Below are positions 19,586 through 29,834 of a stretch of DNA of 64,000 bases, in pieces. The notes beneath the pieces are model-generated. The model made no database searches, was not told the origin of the DNA, and saw only the letters and a program-made list of their open reading frames with translations. Position 1 is the stretch's first letter. Every line of letters begins with the position of its first letter. The translations under genes were made by a program, and so were the position numbers. The stretch is from contig JAHQWJ010000139.1 of NCBI GenBank assembly GCA_029856125.1, positions 19,037 to 83,036 of the forward strand, written 5' to 3'. Source of the DNA: Promethearchaeia archaeon. Lineage in GTDB: Archaea > Asgardarchaeota > Lokiarchaeia > Sigyniarchaeales > SOKP01.

Positions 19586-20221
19586 ATGTATCCGTGGTTT
19601 ATTTTATCTATTTTAGGTATGTGTTTTATGGTTCCACTTCATTTTTTATCAGTCGAACATGTAAAGTTTCAAAAAAAATATGGAGCGGATAAAGGGAATA
19701 AAATCACCGGAATACTCGGGCTCACTTCTGGATGGGGGTTTTTTATATTTTGGTTTGGAATATGGATTTCGCCTCAACCTCGTCTAAGTATTCCTTTTTT
19801 TCAAAATCCTAGTTTTTTTATTCCAATTATTAACTTTTCAATACCAATATTCTATTTAATAATCTCTATTCCTTTAATTTTGATAGGTGCTTGGTTAGGA
19901 ATTGTGAGCGTAAAAGAAACCTCTCTCAAAGTAGCGGAAACTCATAGGACAGAAAAAATCGTTTCCTCAAAAATTTATTCTTTAATTAGACATCCACAAT
20001 ACTTTGGGGGATTATTGGCCCATATTGGAATTTCTTTTCTGTTATCGTCGTTATTTTCTTTAATTTTTACACCTTTAGTATTTCTACTAAACTTTTTGGT
20101 TGCTTGGAAAGAAGAAAAAGAGTTAATTAAAGAATTTGGAAAAGAATATGAGAGCTATAAAGAAAAAGTCCCGATGTTCTTTCCGAAATTAAAGAAACAA
20201 AAGAAAAACTTAGAGAAATAA
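19586..20221 (+). CDS. ICMT/PEMT family membrane methyltransferase
   Basis: IYSLIRHPQYFG...EEKELIKEFGKEYESYKEKVPMFFP. Confidence 0.85.
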   Translation: MYPWFILSILGMCFMVPLHFLSVEHVKFQKKYGADKGNKITGILGLTSGWGFFIFWFGIWISPQPRLSIPFFQNPSFFIPIINFSIPIFYLIISIPLILIGAWLGIVSVKETSLKVAETHRTEKIVSSKIYSLIRHPQYFGGLLAHIGISFLLSSLFSLIFTPLVFLLNFLVAWKEEKELIKEFGKEYESYKEKVPMFFPKLKKQKKNLEK

Positions 20222-21013
20222 TCAAATTTTCTGGTTGGCCATATCTTTAACTGTTATTTCGGGATGGTGATATCTCTGCGTTTTTAACGTTTTATCACCA
20301 AATTGAATACATTTCTCAGGACAAAAGTTAATACAAGCCAAACATTGCTGGCATTTATGTTCCCATTGAGGTATACCCTCTTCAAGCGTGATATTATTTA
20401 CCGGACATACTTTTACACATATACCGCAACTGGTACAAGTGTCTTCAGCGTAGAATGATTTGTCGTATCCATAAACATTATCTCGAAAACCCTTATTGAA
20501 CTTTTCGCTCTTAATTCTACGTTTCTCAAAAATGTCTTTCCCCAGATTCTTTTCATTTTTCTCAACGGTTTTATGAATAGATTCAATTTTTTTGTTTGCT
20601 TCTTCAAAAAATTCTATTTGGCGTGCTTCTGAGTGAATATCGTAACCAATAATATAGTTGTTAGGCATCATGATAAAAAATCCAGCGCTCAATGTTTTCG
20701 ATTTCGTATTTAAAATTGTCTCTATTTGGTGTAAGGGTGTGTTGTTAATATCTCCAGCATTCGTTATAACAGCAAAGAAATAATTGGATTTAGAGAGTTC
20801 TATTTTGCTTAGGAAATCATAGACAATTTTTGGTAATCCTGCGTAATACAGAGGAAAAATAAAACCAACTTTTTCGCTGGACGAAGCAAGGTGATCATCC
20901 TCCCAAACTTTCGCAATAGGTACAAGTTCACATTCTTCTAATTTTTCTGAAAGGTTCTTGGCAATTTTCAACGAATTACCTGTTCCAGTAAAGTAGTATA
21001 TTGTTGTTTTCAT
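20222..21013 (-). CDS. EFR1-family flavodoxin-ferredoxin fusion
   Basis: YFTGTGNS flavodoxin loop, MPNNY, CTSCGICVKVCP and CQQCLACINFCP. Confidence 0.9.
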   Translation of the reverse strand: MKTTIYYFTGTGNSLKIAKNLSEKLEECELVPIAKVWEDDHLASSSEKVGFIFPLYYAGLPKIVYDFLSKIELSKSNYFFAVITNAGDINNTPLHQIETILNTKSKTLSAGFFIMMPNNYIIGYDIHSEARQIEFFEEANKKIESIHKTVEKNEKNLGKDIFEKRRIKSEKFNKGFRDNVYGYDKSFYAEDTCTSCGICVKVCPVNNITLEEGIPQWEHKCQQCLACINFCPEKCIQFGDKTLKTQRYHHPEITVKDMANQKI

Positions 21014-21074
21014 ATCTCTTCAAGACTTTTTAGGTTAATAAGTTTTATTAATCGAAATGTTGATATAGTTAGTA

Positions 21075-21650
21075 TTAATAGGTCTTCACTAACTTCCATC
21101 TCCTCTTAGAAAAAAGAACTAGAACAAAGATTATTCCTATAATAGAAACAAGAAATACAGGTAATGCGAAATCAATGTTATTTACTGCCTCATTTAGCCA
21201 ATAATCATAACCCTCAGCTATCCACTCAGAAATTCCTCCCAACATGTTATAAACTTTCGTAAAATTATAATAATTGTTATCAATCAAGATATCGCTAGCT
21301 TGCCCACTTCTAAATCCAGTATTACAATATACTATAATCTCCGTATCATTATAGGGTGCGAGTTCAGCCAACCTTCCTTCAAGTTCGGCAAGTGGGATCA
21401 AAGTAGCGTTGTATAAATGATTCGTGTTAAATTCCCCTGAGGTTCTTACATCTAAAACAAGCAGATCCGGATATGCAGTGTTATTATTTATCATATCGTT
21501 TGCTACTTGAACGGTAATATCAGTTCTTACCGGATCAGCTGCTATCCCCGGCGAAGCAAAATTATAAAATTGGATTAAAAGTAACGAAATCACGATTAGA
21601 TATAACGTGCTTCTACTCTTCCTACTTTTCTTAAATTTTATTTTTAGCAT
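21075..21650 (-). CDS. Exported rhodanese-domain protein with C-terminal membrane anchor
   Basis: Signal-like N-terminus; LDVRT..EF...H, VYCNTGFRS, MLGGISEW; C-terminal TM plus KRRWK. Confidence 0.85.
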   Translation of the reverse strand: MLKIKFKKSRKSRSTLYLIVISLLLIQFYNFASPGIAADPVRTDITVQVANDMINNNTAYPDLLVLDVRTSGEFNTNHLYNATLIPLAELEGRLAELAPYNDTEIIVYCNTGFRSGQASDILIDNNYYNFTKVYNMLGGISEWIAEGYDYWLNEAVNNIDFALPVFLVSIIGIIFVLVLFSKRRWKLVKTY

Positions 21651-21854
21651 AAGAATCTTAATTTAGTTTACTAAAACTTAGTTTAAATTAGAATTTCCAC
21701 TTTTTAATTTTTATTCTTATTTTATAAAGGTTTATTATGTTATAGAACAATTTCCTTGGATGTTTGAGTGAGTTTAGTGAAGGAAGAATTTATAAAAGAA
21801 CAAATTCAATTTGATATTTAGGTTAGAAATTTAAATAAAACACGCACGATAATT

Positions 21855-22655
21855 ATGAATGCTGAAAATAATTTTATGGGTTGGGAGAATCCGGGATCAG
21901 CTTTAATAACAGGTTCTTCATCTGGAATTGGAGCTGAATTTGCCCGACAATTAGCACAACAAGGTTTTAACTTAATTTTAGTAGCTAGAAGAAAAGAAAA
22001 GTTAGATGCTCTTAGCAAAACATTACAAGAAAAATATTCTAATGATGTTGAAGTGCTTGTTGCTGATTTATCCAATATTTCTGATAACAAACAAGTTATT
22101 TCAAGAATCAATGAAATAGAAAATCTTGACATACTTATAAACAACGCTGGATTTGGAATTTTGGATAATTTCCTACAGATAGAGAGGATGAAACATGTCG
22201 AAATGATAAATGTCCATTTCACAAGTCCCGTGATGCTTTGTCACGCTACGATTCCCGGAATGGTAAGAAGAAAGCGGGGAGTTATTATCAATACATCGTC
22301 AATCTTTGCAATAAATAAGGATTCCTCGCTAATAATGTATACAACTACTAAATCAGCTGTAGCTATTTTTTCGGAGTTACTCAAAGTAAAAGTCAAGGGA
22401 ACTGGAATTTTTGTACAAGCATTGTGTCCCGGTTTTACCTATACCGAATTTCACGACACCGATGCTATGAGCGGCTTTCAAAGAAGCTTGTATAAAGCAG
22501 AACAATGGATGAAAGCAGAAGAAGTTGTTTCGCTTTCACTTGACGCTGTTAAATCCAAATCTGTAATCTTCATACCTGGAGAGATAAATTTAGTTGAAGG
22601 TAAAAACTTGCGTAAAAAGAAACTCAAAAAGTACCTTAATTGCGAATGGTTATAA
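21855..22655 (+). CDS. Short-chain dehydrogenase/reductase
   Basis: TGSSSGIG, NNAG, YTTTK, LCPGFT. Confidence 0.92.
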   Translation: MNAENNFMGWENPGSALITGSSSGIGAEFARQLAQQGFNLILVARRKEKLDALSKTLQEKYSNDVEVLVADLSNISDNKQVISRINEIENLDILINNAGFGILDNFLQIERMKHVEMINVHFTSPVMLCHATIPGMVRRKRGVIINTSSIFAINKDSSLIMYTTTKSAVAIFSELLKVKVKGTGIFVQALCPGFTYTEFHDTDAMSGFQRSLYKAEQWMKAEEVVSLSLDAVKSKSVIFIPGEINLVEGKNLRKKKLKKYLNCEWL

Positions 22656-22770
22656 CTCTTCTTATGATTGAGCACCCTATCCACTTAAATTAGTATTTTC
22701 TTAAGCTTTAAAATTATAACGTAAATAGTTAAATACTAAATTATTAAATTTAAAACTATTATTCACTTAA

Positions 22771-23268
22771 GTGAAGTTCATAACCAATACTTTGATAAAA
22801 ATGCTAAAAAAAAAAACTTATTATGCTTTATCGGTCTTCTTTATCGTATTCTTAACCATAGCAGGCGTTAATGTTAGAGCACACCCACCTGATGCTATGT
22901 CCCTGGAATTCAATTCAGGTACAAATACACTTAAAGTTTCAATCACGCACGGAGTTTCTGATAACACATCTCATTATGTAGTTTCAGTAGTAGTTAGAGT
23001 TAATGGATCTATAGACCAGACCGAATTCTACACAAGCCAACCCGATGTGGCTTTTTTTATTTATGAGTATACTGTAATAACAAATAATGGGTCTACTATT
23101 CAGGTAACAGCAACATGTAGCCAAGGAGGCTCCATAACACGAACATTGGGGGGTGAAAGCACACCTACCGATGGAGCTATTCCTGGATATATGGGGCTAT
23201 ATATAGTTCTAGTAGTTTCTGTAATTACTCTACTAATGACTTTTCGTAAAAAATTAAAAAGAATATGA
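22771..23268 (+). CDS. Secreted His-rich beta protein (SOR/desulfoferrodoxin-like) with Loki-CTERM-type anchor
   Basis: Signal peptide ending VRA-HPP; H..., HYV, C; C-terminal IPGY + TM + RKKLKR. Start may be ATG 22801. Confidence 0.7.
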   Translation: MKFITNTLIKMLKKKTYYALSVFFIVFLTIAGVNVRAHPPDAMSLEFNSGTNTLKVSITHGVSDNTSHYVVSVVVRVNGSIDQTEFYTSQPDVAFFIYEYTVITNNGSTIQVTATCSQGGSITRTLGGESTPTDGAIPGYMGLYIVLVVSVITLLMTFRKKLKRI

Positions 23269-23404
23269 GTTAAAGCAGTAAACAACAATTTTTTTTTATT
23301 TTTTTTTTAAAAGATTAATACTTGGTTGTTACCCAAAAATTAAGATATGATATACAATAGATACAATATAGCAAAATTAGAAATAAAACTGAGGTATAAA
23401 CAAG

Positions 23405-24244
23405 ATGGAAGTAATTATAGGCTTTTTAACGATATTTCTTATTGGGAGTCTCAGTTTAATTGGATTATTTATGATTTCAATTAGAGAAAAGACATTAGAT
23501 AAAATCCTTTTCATTCTGGTGGCGTTTGCAACTGGCACAATTCTGGCATCTGCGTTATTCGATTTAATTCCAGAATCCATTCACCATCTAGAAGAATTGA
23601 ATTCAGGTGGAGCTGAAATTGCTGAAAACTTAGTTTTTGTGTTTATTATTTTTGGTTTTGTGATATTTTTTGTCATTGAACGCTTTATTTATTGGTTTCA
23701 TGGACATGCTCACGAAAATGAAAACAAGTTGGTGTGTTATACCGGATTAGGAGAGGGTGAGGACTATTCGTTGTCACGAGATAGTGGCGTTAAAAATTTT
23801 GCTCTTCTTAACTTAATCGGGGATGGACTTCATAACTATTTAGATGGGATAATCATAATGGTTGCTTTTTTAAGTGGAACCAGAAATGGTATAATTATTA
23901 CACTCGCTGTACTATTCCACGAGTTTCCTCAAGAAATCGGCGATTTCGGAATACTTTTATTCGGTGGTTTTTCAAAGAAAAAAGCACTATTCTTCAATTT
24001 TATGAGTGGAATGATTGCCTTATTAGGTGGATTAACAGCATTTATCTTGTCAGACACAGTAGAAATCTTTAATCTGTTTTTCTTAGCATTCTCGGGTGGT
24101 GGTTTTTTATATATCGCTAGTACTGAACTCATGCCTGAATTGATAAAGGAAAAGGATTTAAAAAAATCGATAATACAAGCACTCATTTTTTTATGTGGGG
24201 TAATCTTAATAATGTCTTTAGTAACTTTACTACCACATGAATAA
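23405..24244 (+). CDS. ZIP family metal transporter
   Basis: HGHAH loop, GDGLHNYLDG, HEFPQEIGD, GGFLYIASTELMPE. Confidence 0.93.
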   Translation: MEVIIGFLTIFLIGSLSLIGLFMISIREKTLDKILFILVAFATGTILASALFDLIPESIHHLEELNSGGAEIAENLVFVFIIFGFVIFFVIERFIYWFHGHAHENENKLVCYTGLGEGEDYSLSRDSGVKNFALLNLIGDGLHNYLDGIIIMVAFLSGTRNGIIITLAVLFHEFPQEIGDFGILLFGGFSKKKALFFNFMSGMIALLGGLTAFILSDTVEIFNLFFLAFSGGGFLYIASTELMPELIKEKDLKKSIIQALIFLCGVILIMSLVTLLPHE

Positions 24245-24284
24245 ACAACTTATAAGGATATAAAAAAAAATAAATTAGTATTTT

Positions 24285-24473
24285 TTACTGCTTCTTCCTG
24301 GTAATATAAGGAAACTTATCAGAGTATTCGAATAACTCTGGATAATTGAGTTTCCACCCTCGAGATTTAAGTATTTTTTTCCTATTTTTTTGTTTATGGA
24401 TGACTTTTCTACTTATTCTATTTCGAGGATATTTCTTCTTTTTTCTTCTTTGCTTCTGATATATTACTGACAT
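24285..24473 (-). other. Doubtful basic ORF overlapping a long hairpin (24310-24355); possibly a degraded gene or ncRNA
   Basis: K/R-rich low-complexity ORF; strong GGTGAGGTGG SD-like motif upstream is not matched to its ATG. Confidence 0.25.
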
Positions 24474-25062
24474 GCTAATCCGTCATATCGAATTAGCCAC
24501 CTCACCAATTAGGTCTTAATACATTTCTTGTTCAATTAAATGTTACAATATGGTAAATGAAAGTAAATTTTAATTCAATATAAATAAGATATCAGTTCTC
24601 TTATTTAAACCTTTCCTTCTTCTGTATTATTAATCTATCCGTAAATATCACTAGGAAAATCGCTCGATTTAAATAAATAATCACAAAAATGAAGGTACTC
24701 ACTTTTTTGAGCCATTATTTAATATATCTTCTATCTATTTTTAACTACTTCCTAATATAATTTCAACAACTAAATTAGTTGATGGAAGTTAAAAATCTTG
24801 CTAATGTGTTTTCCGAAGTAGTCTTCAAGGACTACAAGTGTGCTATTGAAACGAGCATTGAAAACAGTCTGTTTTTTTGAAAGAAAAAAAAGCCAATAGA
24901 ACCTGGCAACAATAATTCCCCAGATTTAAGTTCAATTTACTAAAATAATGATTCTTTTCTAACATTTTTCATCAAATGTTAAAACTAAGTTACTTTTTAT
25001 TTGATTAAATAAAGTAGATCGTAAGTAATATAAAGAAGAATTAAAATTTAAAAATATCTGAT

Positions 25063-27045
25063 TTAGTTTTTGTATTCATCTGAGGATTTCATTTCATCTT
25101 CATCCTCGATTTCTTCATCATCTTCGGGCTTAGGCTTATAAAAAGGTTCTGAGACTATATCATGTTCTGGTTCGGGAATAGGTTCGTATACTGGTTCCGG
25201 TTCTGATTCCGGCTCTGGTGTAGCTTCATATACTGGTTTTGATTCTGGCTCTGATGTAGCTTCATATACTGGTTTTGATTCTGGCTCTGGAGTAGGTTCA
25301 TATACTGGTTCTGGTTCCGGTTCTGGCGTAGGTTCGTACATTGTTTCATATACTGGTTCCGGTTCTGGTTCCGGCTCAGTTTCTAGCGTAGGTTCATATA
25401 CTGGTTCTGGTTCTGGCGTAGGTTCATATACTGGTTCAGGCTCTGGCGTAGGTTCATATACTGGTTCAGGCTCTGGCGTAGGTTCATATACTGGTTCTGG
25501 CGTAGGTTCATATACTGGTTCTGGTTCTGGAGTAGGTTCATATACTGGTTCTGGTTCTGGAGTAGGTTCATATACTGGTTCTGGTTCCGGTTCTGGCGTA
25601 GGTTCGTACATTGTTTCATATACTGGTTCCGGTTCTGGTTCCGGTTCTGGTTCCGGTTCTGGTTCCGGCTCAGTTTCTAGCGTAGGTTCATATACTGGTT
25701 CTGGTTCTGGCGTAGGTTCATATACTGGTTCAGGCTCTGGCGTAGGTTCATATACTGGTTCTGGTTCAGGCTCTGGCGTAGGTTCATATGCTGGTTCAAG
25801 TTCAGGCTCTGGAGTAGATTCATATACTGGTTCTGGTTCCGGTTCAGTTTCTAGCGTAGGTTCATATACTGGTTCTGGTTCTGGCGTAGGTTCGTACATT
25901 GTTTCATATACTGGTTCCGGTTCTGGTTCCAGTTCTGGTTCCGGCTCAGTTTCTAGCGTAGGTTCATATACTGGTTCCGGCTCTGGCGTAGGTTCATATG
26001 CTGGTTCAAGTTCAGGCTCTGGAGTAGATTCATATACTGGTTCTGGTTCCGGTTCAGTTTCTAGCGTAGGTTCATATACTGGTTCTGGTTCTGGTTCTGG
26101 CGTAGGTTCATATACTGGTTCAGGCTCTGGAGTAGATTCATATACTGGTTCTGGTTCCGGCTCAGGTTCAGGAGTAGATTCATATACTGGTTCTGGTTCA
26201 GGTTCTGGCGTAGGTTCATATACTGGTTCTGGCTCTGGAGTAGGTTCATATAATGGTTCTGGCTCTGGAGTAGGTTCATATAATGGTTCTGGCTCTGGAG
26301 TAGGTTCATATACTGGCTCAGGCTCTGGAGTAGGTTCATATACTGGCTCAGGCTCTGGAGTAGGTTCATATACTGGCTCAGGCTCTGGAGTAGGTTCATA
26401 TACTGGCTCAGGCTCTGGAGTAGGTTCATATACTGGCTCAGGTTCCCGCTCAGGTTCAGGAGTAGGTTCATATACTGGTTCTGGTTCCGGTTCTGGGGTA
26501 GGTTCATATACTGGTTCTGGTTCTGGTTCTTGGGTAGGTTCATATACTGGTTCCGGTTCTGGTTCTTGGGTAGGTTCATATACTGGTTCTGGTTCTGGCT
26601 CAGCTCTTTTTTTTACAATGGGTTCATCAATTATATATTTTTTATCAGGAGCTTTTTGAGTTATCGTAAATGGATTACTCTCAGGTTGTATCATTTGAGG
26701 TCCCAGAAAAATGTTTTTTGGTTTTATTTTTTTCTTATCTATTAGTAGTTCTAATTCGAAGCTTCCTGGAGTGAGGAAATCTACGCCATCAATATCATTT
26801 TTTAATGTAGTATCCCATTCAATCGTTTTACTCTCTGATTTTTTTATATTATCCTTAGATTCTGGTCTGAGCTTTTTAGTTAGTAAAACTTTAGTCTGAA
26901 ATATTATCTTTCCTTGAAAATCGTGTTCCTTCTTCCCTTTAGTTGTCCACCTCAGGTGAAAACCATCAGAATGTTTCCATAAAACATATCCTAAGAATTG
27001 ACCTGAACTGAAATCTGTACGACCTTTGATCTCTTTTACATTCAT
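25063..27045 (-). CDS. N-terminal beta-rich domain fused to ~480 aa Pro/Glu tandem-repeat region ([10 protein letters not shown])n and acidic tail
   Basis: Open frame; likely start MNVKE at 27045. Globular part [17 protein letters not shown]...DGVDF...NPF; about 42 YE-containing repeats counted by eye. Confidence 0.85.
   Translation of the reverse strand: MNVKEIKGRTDFSSGQFLGYVLWKHSDGFHLRWTTKGKKEHDFQGKIIFQTKVLLTKKLRPESKDNIKKSESKTIEWDTTLKNDIDGVDFLTPGSFELELLIDKKKIKPKNIFLGPQMIQPESNPFTITQKAPDKKYIIDEPIVKKRAEPEPEPVYEPTQEPEPEPVYEPTQEPEPEPVYEPTPEPEPEPVYEPTPEPEREPEPVYEPTPEPEPVYEPTPEPEPVYEPTPEPEPVYEPTPEPEPVYEPTPEPEPLYEPTPEPEPLYEPTPEPEPVYEPTPEPEPEPVYESTPEPEPEPEPVYESTPEPEPVYEPTPEPEPEPVYEPTLETEPEPEPVYESTPEPELEPAYEPTPEPEPVYEPTLETEPEPELEPEPEPVYETMYEPTPEPEPVYEPTLETEPEPEPVYESTPEPELEPAYEPTPEPEPEPVYEPTPEPEPVYEPTPEPEPVYEPTLETEPEPEPEPEPEPEPEPVYETMYEPTPEPEPEPVYEPTPEPEPVYEPTPEPEPVYEPTPEPVYEPTPEPEPVYEPTPEPEPVYEPTPEPEPVYEPTLETEPEPEPEPVYETMYEPTPEPEPEPVYEPTPEPESKPVYEATSEPESKPVYEATPEPESEPEPVYEPIPEPEHDIVSEPFYKPKPEDDEEIEDEDEMKSSDEYKN
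25160..26600 (-). repeat. Intragenic tandem repeat array; 30-nt base unit with 6-nt (EP) expansions and higher-order duplications
   Basis: TACTGGCTCAGGCTCTGGAGTAGGTTCATA in perfect tandem around 26311-26400; VYETMYEPT and ELEPAYEPT blocks recur. Confidence 0.97.
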
Positions 27046-27176
27046 TTTTATTTCTCTTAAATTATGAAGTAATTTCAGATAAATTATGTAACAATTTGTT
27101 AATAAATTTTTACTAAACGAAAAAGTATTTGAGATATGTTTTGTTCTATTTCTTATTAAAAAATTAGGTAACAAAA

Positions 27177-28451
27177 TTGGGGATTACTGAGGATACGCCC
27201 TCTTTCCATGCTGGAGAGGTAGATAAATGTGATAATCTATTCTCTTATCGTGTCTGGCCCATTTTTATGCTTTCCTTTTGTCGATTATTTTTCTTATCTA
27301 TTTTTGAAAGAGCATTTCAAAATTATATCTATTTCAATCAAGATGTAAGCGAGAGTATGCTAGGAATAATAAGTTCAGCACCTGCAATTGCTTATATTTT
27401 CGGTCCTATTCTTGGCCACCTAATTACAAAAAAACTGGGAATTCGAAATTCAATTATAATATCTGCGATTGGCACTCCTTTCTTAATAGGTGCTCAGATG
27501 ATATATTTTGAGCCAATTTATCTCATTTTTATTCGAGTTATAAATGGATTATTATTAGGCATATTTTGGCCTAATTGTTATAACTTGCTAAGTAGATGGC
27601 AAAGTGTCAGTAGTGATGCTAAATCTAATAAAAATTTTAGGCATTTTAATTTCTCTTGGAATCTAGGCTTTATTTCTGGACTTTTGGTTGGTTACTTTTT
27701 GGCTTTCGCTCAGGACGAATATTTCGCTATGACCTTCGCGTTTGTAATTTCATTTTCACTACCTTTCTTTAGTCTATTCCTTAAAAAGGAATCAGAATTA
27801 AACCATGTGGATAGGAATTTCAAAAACAACAATAATGGCCTGAAACTGAACAGTAATGTCGTACCTCAAGACCAACAAAATTCAAACAATAAGATGATTG
27901 CTTATCCTATTTTATTTTCATGGATCATTTTATTAATATATGCTGCATCAAAATCTGTATTCCGGTTTGGTTACCCCGTATTTCTAAAAAATTCAGGTAG
28001 TCCCTCATATCATTCATATCTAATTCAACTTTCAATGCAAATCGGACAGTTAGGTGGCTTAACCTGGAGTAACTCTATGAAAATTTATTCAAGAAAAATA
28101 TCAGTCTATGTTAGTCTTATTATGATAATACTTAGCTCCATAGCAATCGTATTAGTTCAAGATATAATATTTATATCTATAATAAGTGCATCTATCGGAC
28201 TTTTTATAGGACTGATTCAGGGTACTTCGTTAAAAATTATGATTGATTACGGTGCTGCGAAAAATACTAAAAAATATTCTACTATAAATGAAGTATTAAA
28301 GGGTATCGGATTTGGTTTAACCCCTATTGCTGCGGGTTTTATCGCAGAAATTAACATCTATGGTGTCTTTGTATTCCTTATAATCCTTGGAGTGTCCGTC
28401 TTAATACCCTTACTTTACCTCTCCCGAAATCTAAAATTTAAAAATCGCTGA
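27177..28451 (+). CDS. MFS transporter (paralog of 17667..18947)
   Basis: About 12 TM; motifs shared with the paralog. Confidence 0.85.
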   Translation: MGITEDTPSFHAGEVDKCDNLFSYRVWPIFMLSFCRLFFLSIFERAFQNYIYFNQDVSESMLGIISSAPAIAYIFGPILGHLITKKLGIRNSIIISAIGTPFLIGAQMIYFEPIYLIFIRVINGLLLGIFWPNCYNLLSRWQSVSSDAKSNKNFRHFNFSWNLGFISGLLVGYFLAFAQDEYFAMTFAFVISFSLPFFSLFLKKESELNHVDRNFKNNNNGLKLNSNVVPQDQQNSNNKMIAYPILFSWIILLIYAASKSVFRFGYPVFLKNSGSPSYHSYLIQLSMQIGQLGGLTWSNSMKIYSRKISVYVSLIMIILSSIAIVLVQDIIFISIISASIGLFIGLIQGTSLKIMIDYGAAKNTKKYSTINEVLKGIGFGLTPIAAGFIAEINIYGVFVFLIILGVSVLIPLLYLSRNLKFKNR

Positions 28452-28465
28452 TATTCTCTGATAGA

Positions 28466-29059
28466 TTAATCCCCATAGGCGACGTGGGCTATATGGAGGG
28501 AAATAATTATTATAAAAATTATTAGGCTAGTGTGGAATCTAAACAAGGGTTTTCTTAGCTTTTTTAGTTTCTTTATCTTTTTTAGAACTACTTTAATTAT
28601 TATGCCCGTAATTCCGAAAGTTAGATAGAGACTAGCAGTTGTTAAACCTAATATAGCTTTAATGTTACCTTCAACTATTAACGTTGCCCCATGTATAAGC
28701 AAAAGAGTTATCGCTGTACCCCCAGCAAAAAAGTGTAAGAGTGAAAGTGGTTTTTTAACTTTTAAAAATGCTTTCTGAATCTTTGCACGCCGTTCTTCAA
28801 ATTTATCGTTTTTGGGCAAAATCTTCTTTGAATTAATGAAAGTTTGATAAAAAAACACATATATAATTGACACCGAAAACAAACCAAGCGCAGCTACACC
28901 GAGATTTTTTGCTCTATCTTTGAAATCGTCGTCTTCTCCGTCTTCAGCAACTACTGTCGAAGACACACATATCACTCCTAAAGTAAAAATCGTTAAAAAA
29001 AGAACTACTTCTAAATAACGCTTATTGAGAGCTGGGAATTCGAATTTATTATGGAACAT
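28466..29059 (-). CDS. Membrane protein, possible di-heme cytochrome b-like
   Basis: TM helices with spaced His (LLHFF, LIHG, RFHT, LHIAH). Confidence 0.5.
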   Translation of the reverse strand: MFHNKFEFPALNKRYLEVVLFLTIFTLGVICVSSTVVAEDGEDDDFKDRAKNLGVAALGLFSVSIIYVFFYQTFINSKKILPKNDKFEERRAKIQKAFLKVKKPLSLLHFFAGGTAITLLLIHGATLIVEGNIKAILGLTTASLYLTFGITGIIIKVVLKKIKKLKKLRKPLFRFHTSLIIFIIIISLHIAHVAYGD

Positions 29060-29087
29060 TTTTCTCTTACTTTGTTGATGTTAGCTC

Positions 29088-29143
29088 AATAGTTAGATTA
29101 TCCAACTATTCTAATAAGTCTACTATAAGCTAAAGACTTATTA
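29088..29143. promoter_or_regulatory. Two adjacent inverted repeats between divergent genes
   Basis: AATAGTT-N9-AACTATT (29088-29110) and TAATAAGTCT-N12-AGACTTATTA (29112-29143). Confidence 0.45.
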
Positions 29144-29216
29144 TCTTTTTTGGTTCTAATTTGTTAGATCATAATTTTTTAGAAGAGATTAATAGCAATA
29201 GAAAATTACTTTATCT

Positions 29217-29834
29217 GTGTTTAACGACCTAGATAATCTCTTTAGATTCGATAAAACAAATATTCGTTTAGCTGGAAAAGTTGCTGCTAAAGCTTATTTT
29301 GAAGTCGACGATTTTACGAATTCTTCTAAAGATCCCTCTAAACAGATGAAATATTTAATAAAATTAATGAACTTAACATTTCAGATATCTGTAAAATTTG
29401 GTAGTGTCTATGCTCCAAGCAAAGCTATTGAGGGAGTTGCCGCTTGGCTACCTCATGATGAATTTAATTTATCAATTTGGCAATACATACGACATGGAGC
29501 TCTTTCCGCGTTTTTTAGAGCAGGAAATGAAGGGCGAAGAAATTTACTGCGATATTCCAACATAGCTAGTAGAAAACATAAGCAGTATGCAAATTTTCCT
29601 CACATGTACTTATATAATCTTGCGATAGACCCCAAATATCAAGGTCTTGGTTATGCTAGCAGATTATTAAAACCTATGCTTGCCAAAATTGACGAGAACA
29701 ACTTACCTTGTTATTTAGAATCGCCCGAAAGAAATTTGGCTCTGTACGAACATTTTGGATTTGAAATTGTTGAACATATAGCTTTGCCTGAATTCGATAA
29801 TGAAATATGGTTGATGCTCAGAAGTAATAAATAA
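29217..29834 (+). CDS. GNAT N-acetyltransferase
   Basis: YLYNLAIDPKYQGLGYAS, CYLES, LYEHFGFE. Confidence 0.88.
   Translation: MFNDLDNLFRFDKTNIRLAGKVAAKAYFEVDDFTNSSKDPSKQMKYLIKLMNLTFQISVKFGSVYAPSKAIEGVAAWLPHDEFNLSIWQYIRHGALSAFFRAGNEGRRNLLRYSNIASRKHKQYANFPHMYLYNLAIDPKYQGLGYASRLLKPMLAKIDENNLPCYLESPERNLALYEHFGFEIVEHIALPEFDNEIWLMLRSNK

Noticed and set aside
9014-20221. ICMT-family genes as prenylation partners of the GTPases
   Set aside because: None of the three GTPases has a C-terminal Cys motif; ICMT/PEMT homologs are widespread in prokaryotes.
25155-26579. ORF-track entries with [10 protein letters not shown] repeats, and the array as a possible CRISPR
   Set aside because: These are alternate frames of the EP repeat. 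Units are contiguous, codon-phased and have no unique spacers, and no cas genes are present.
27046-27174. 43-aa N-terminal extension of the repeat protein
   Set aside because: Would leave no promoter space before the divergent MFS gene and looks like intergenic sequence; not a signal peptide.
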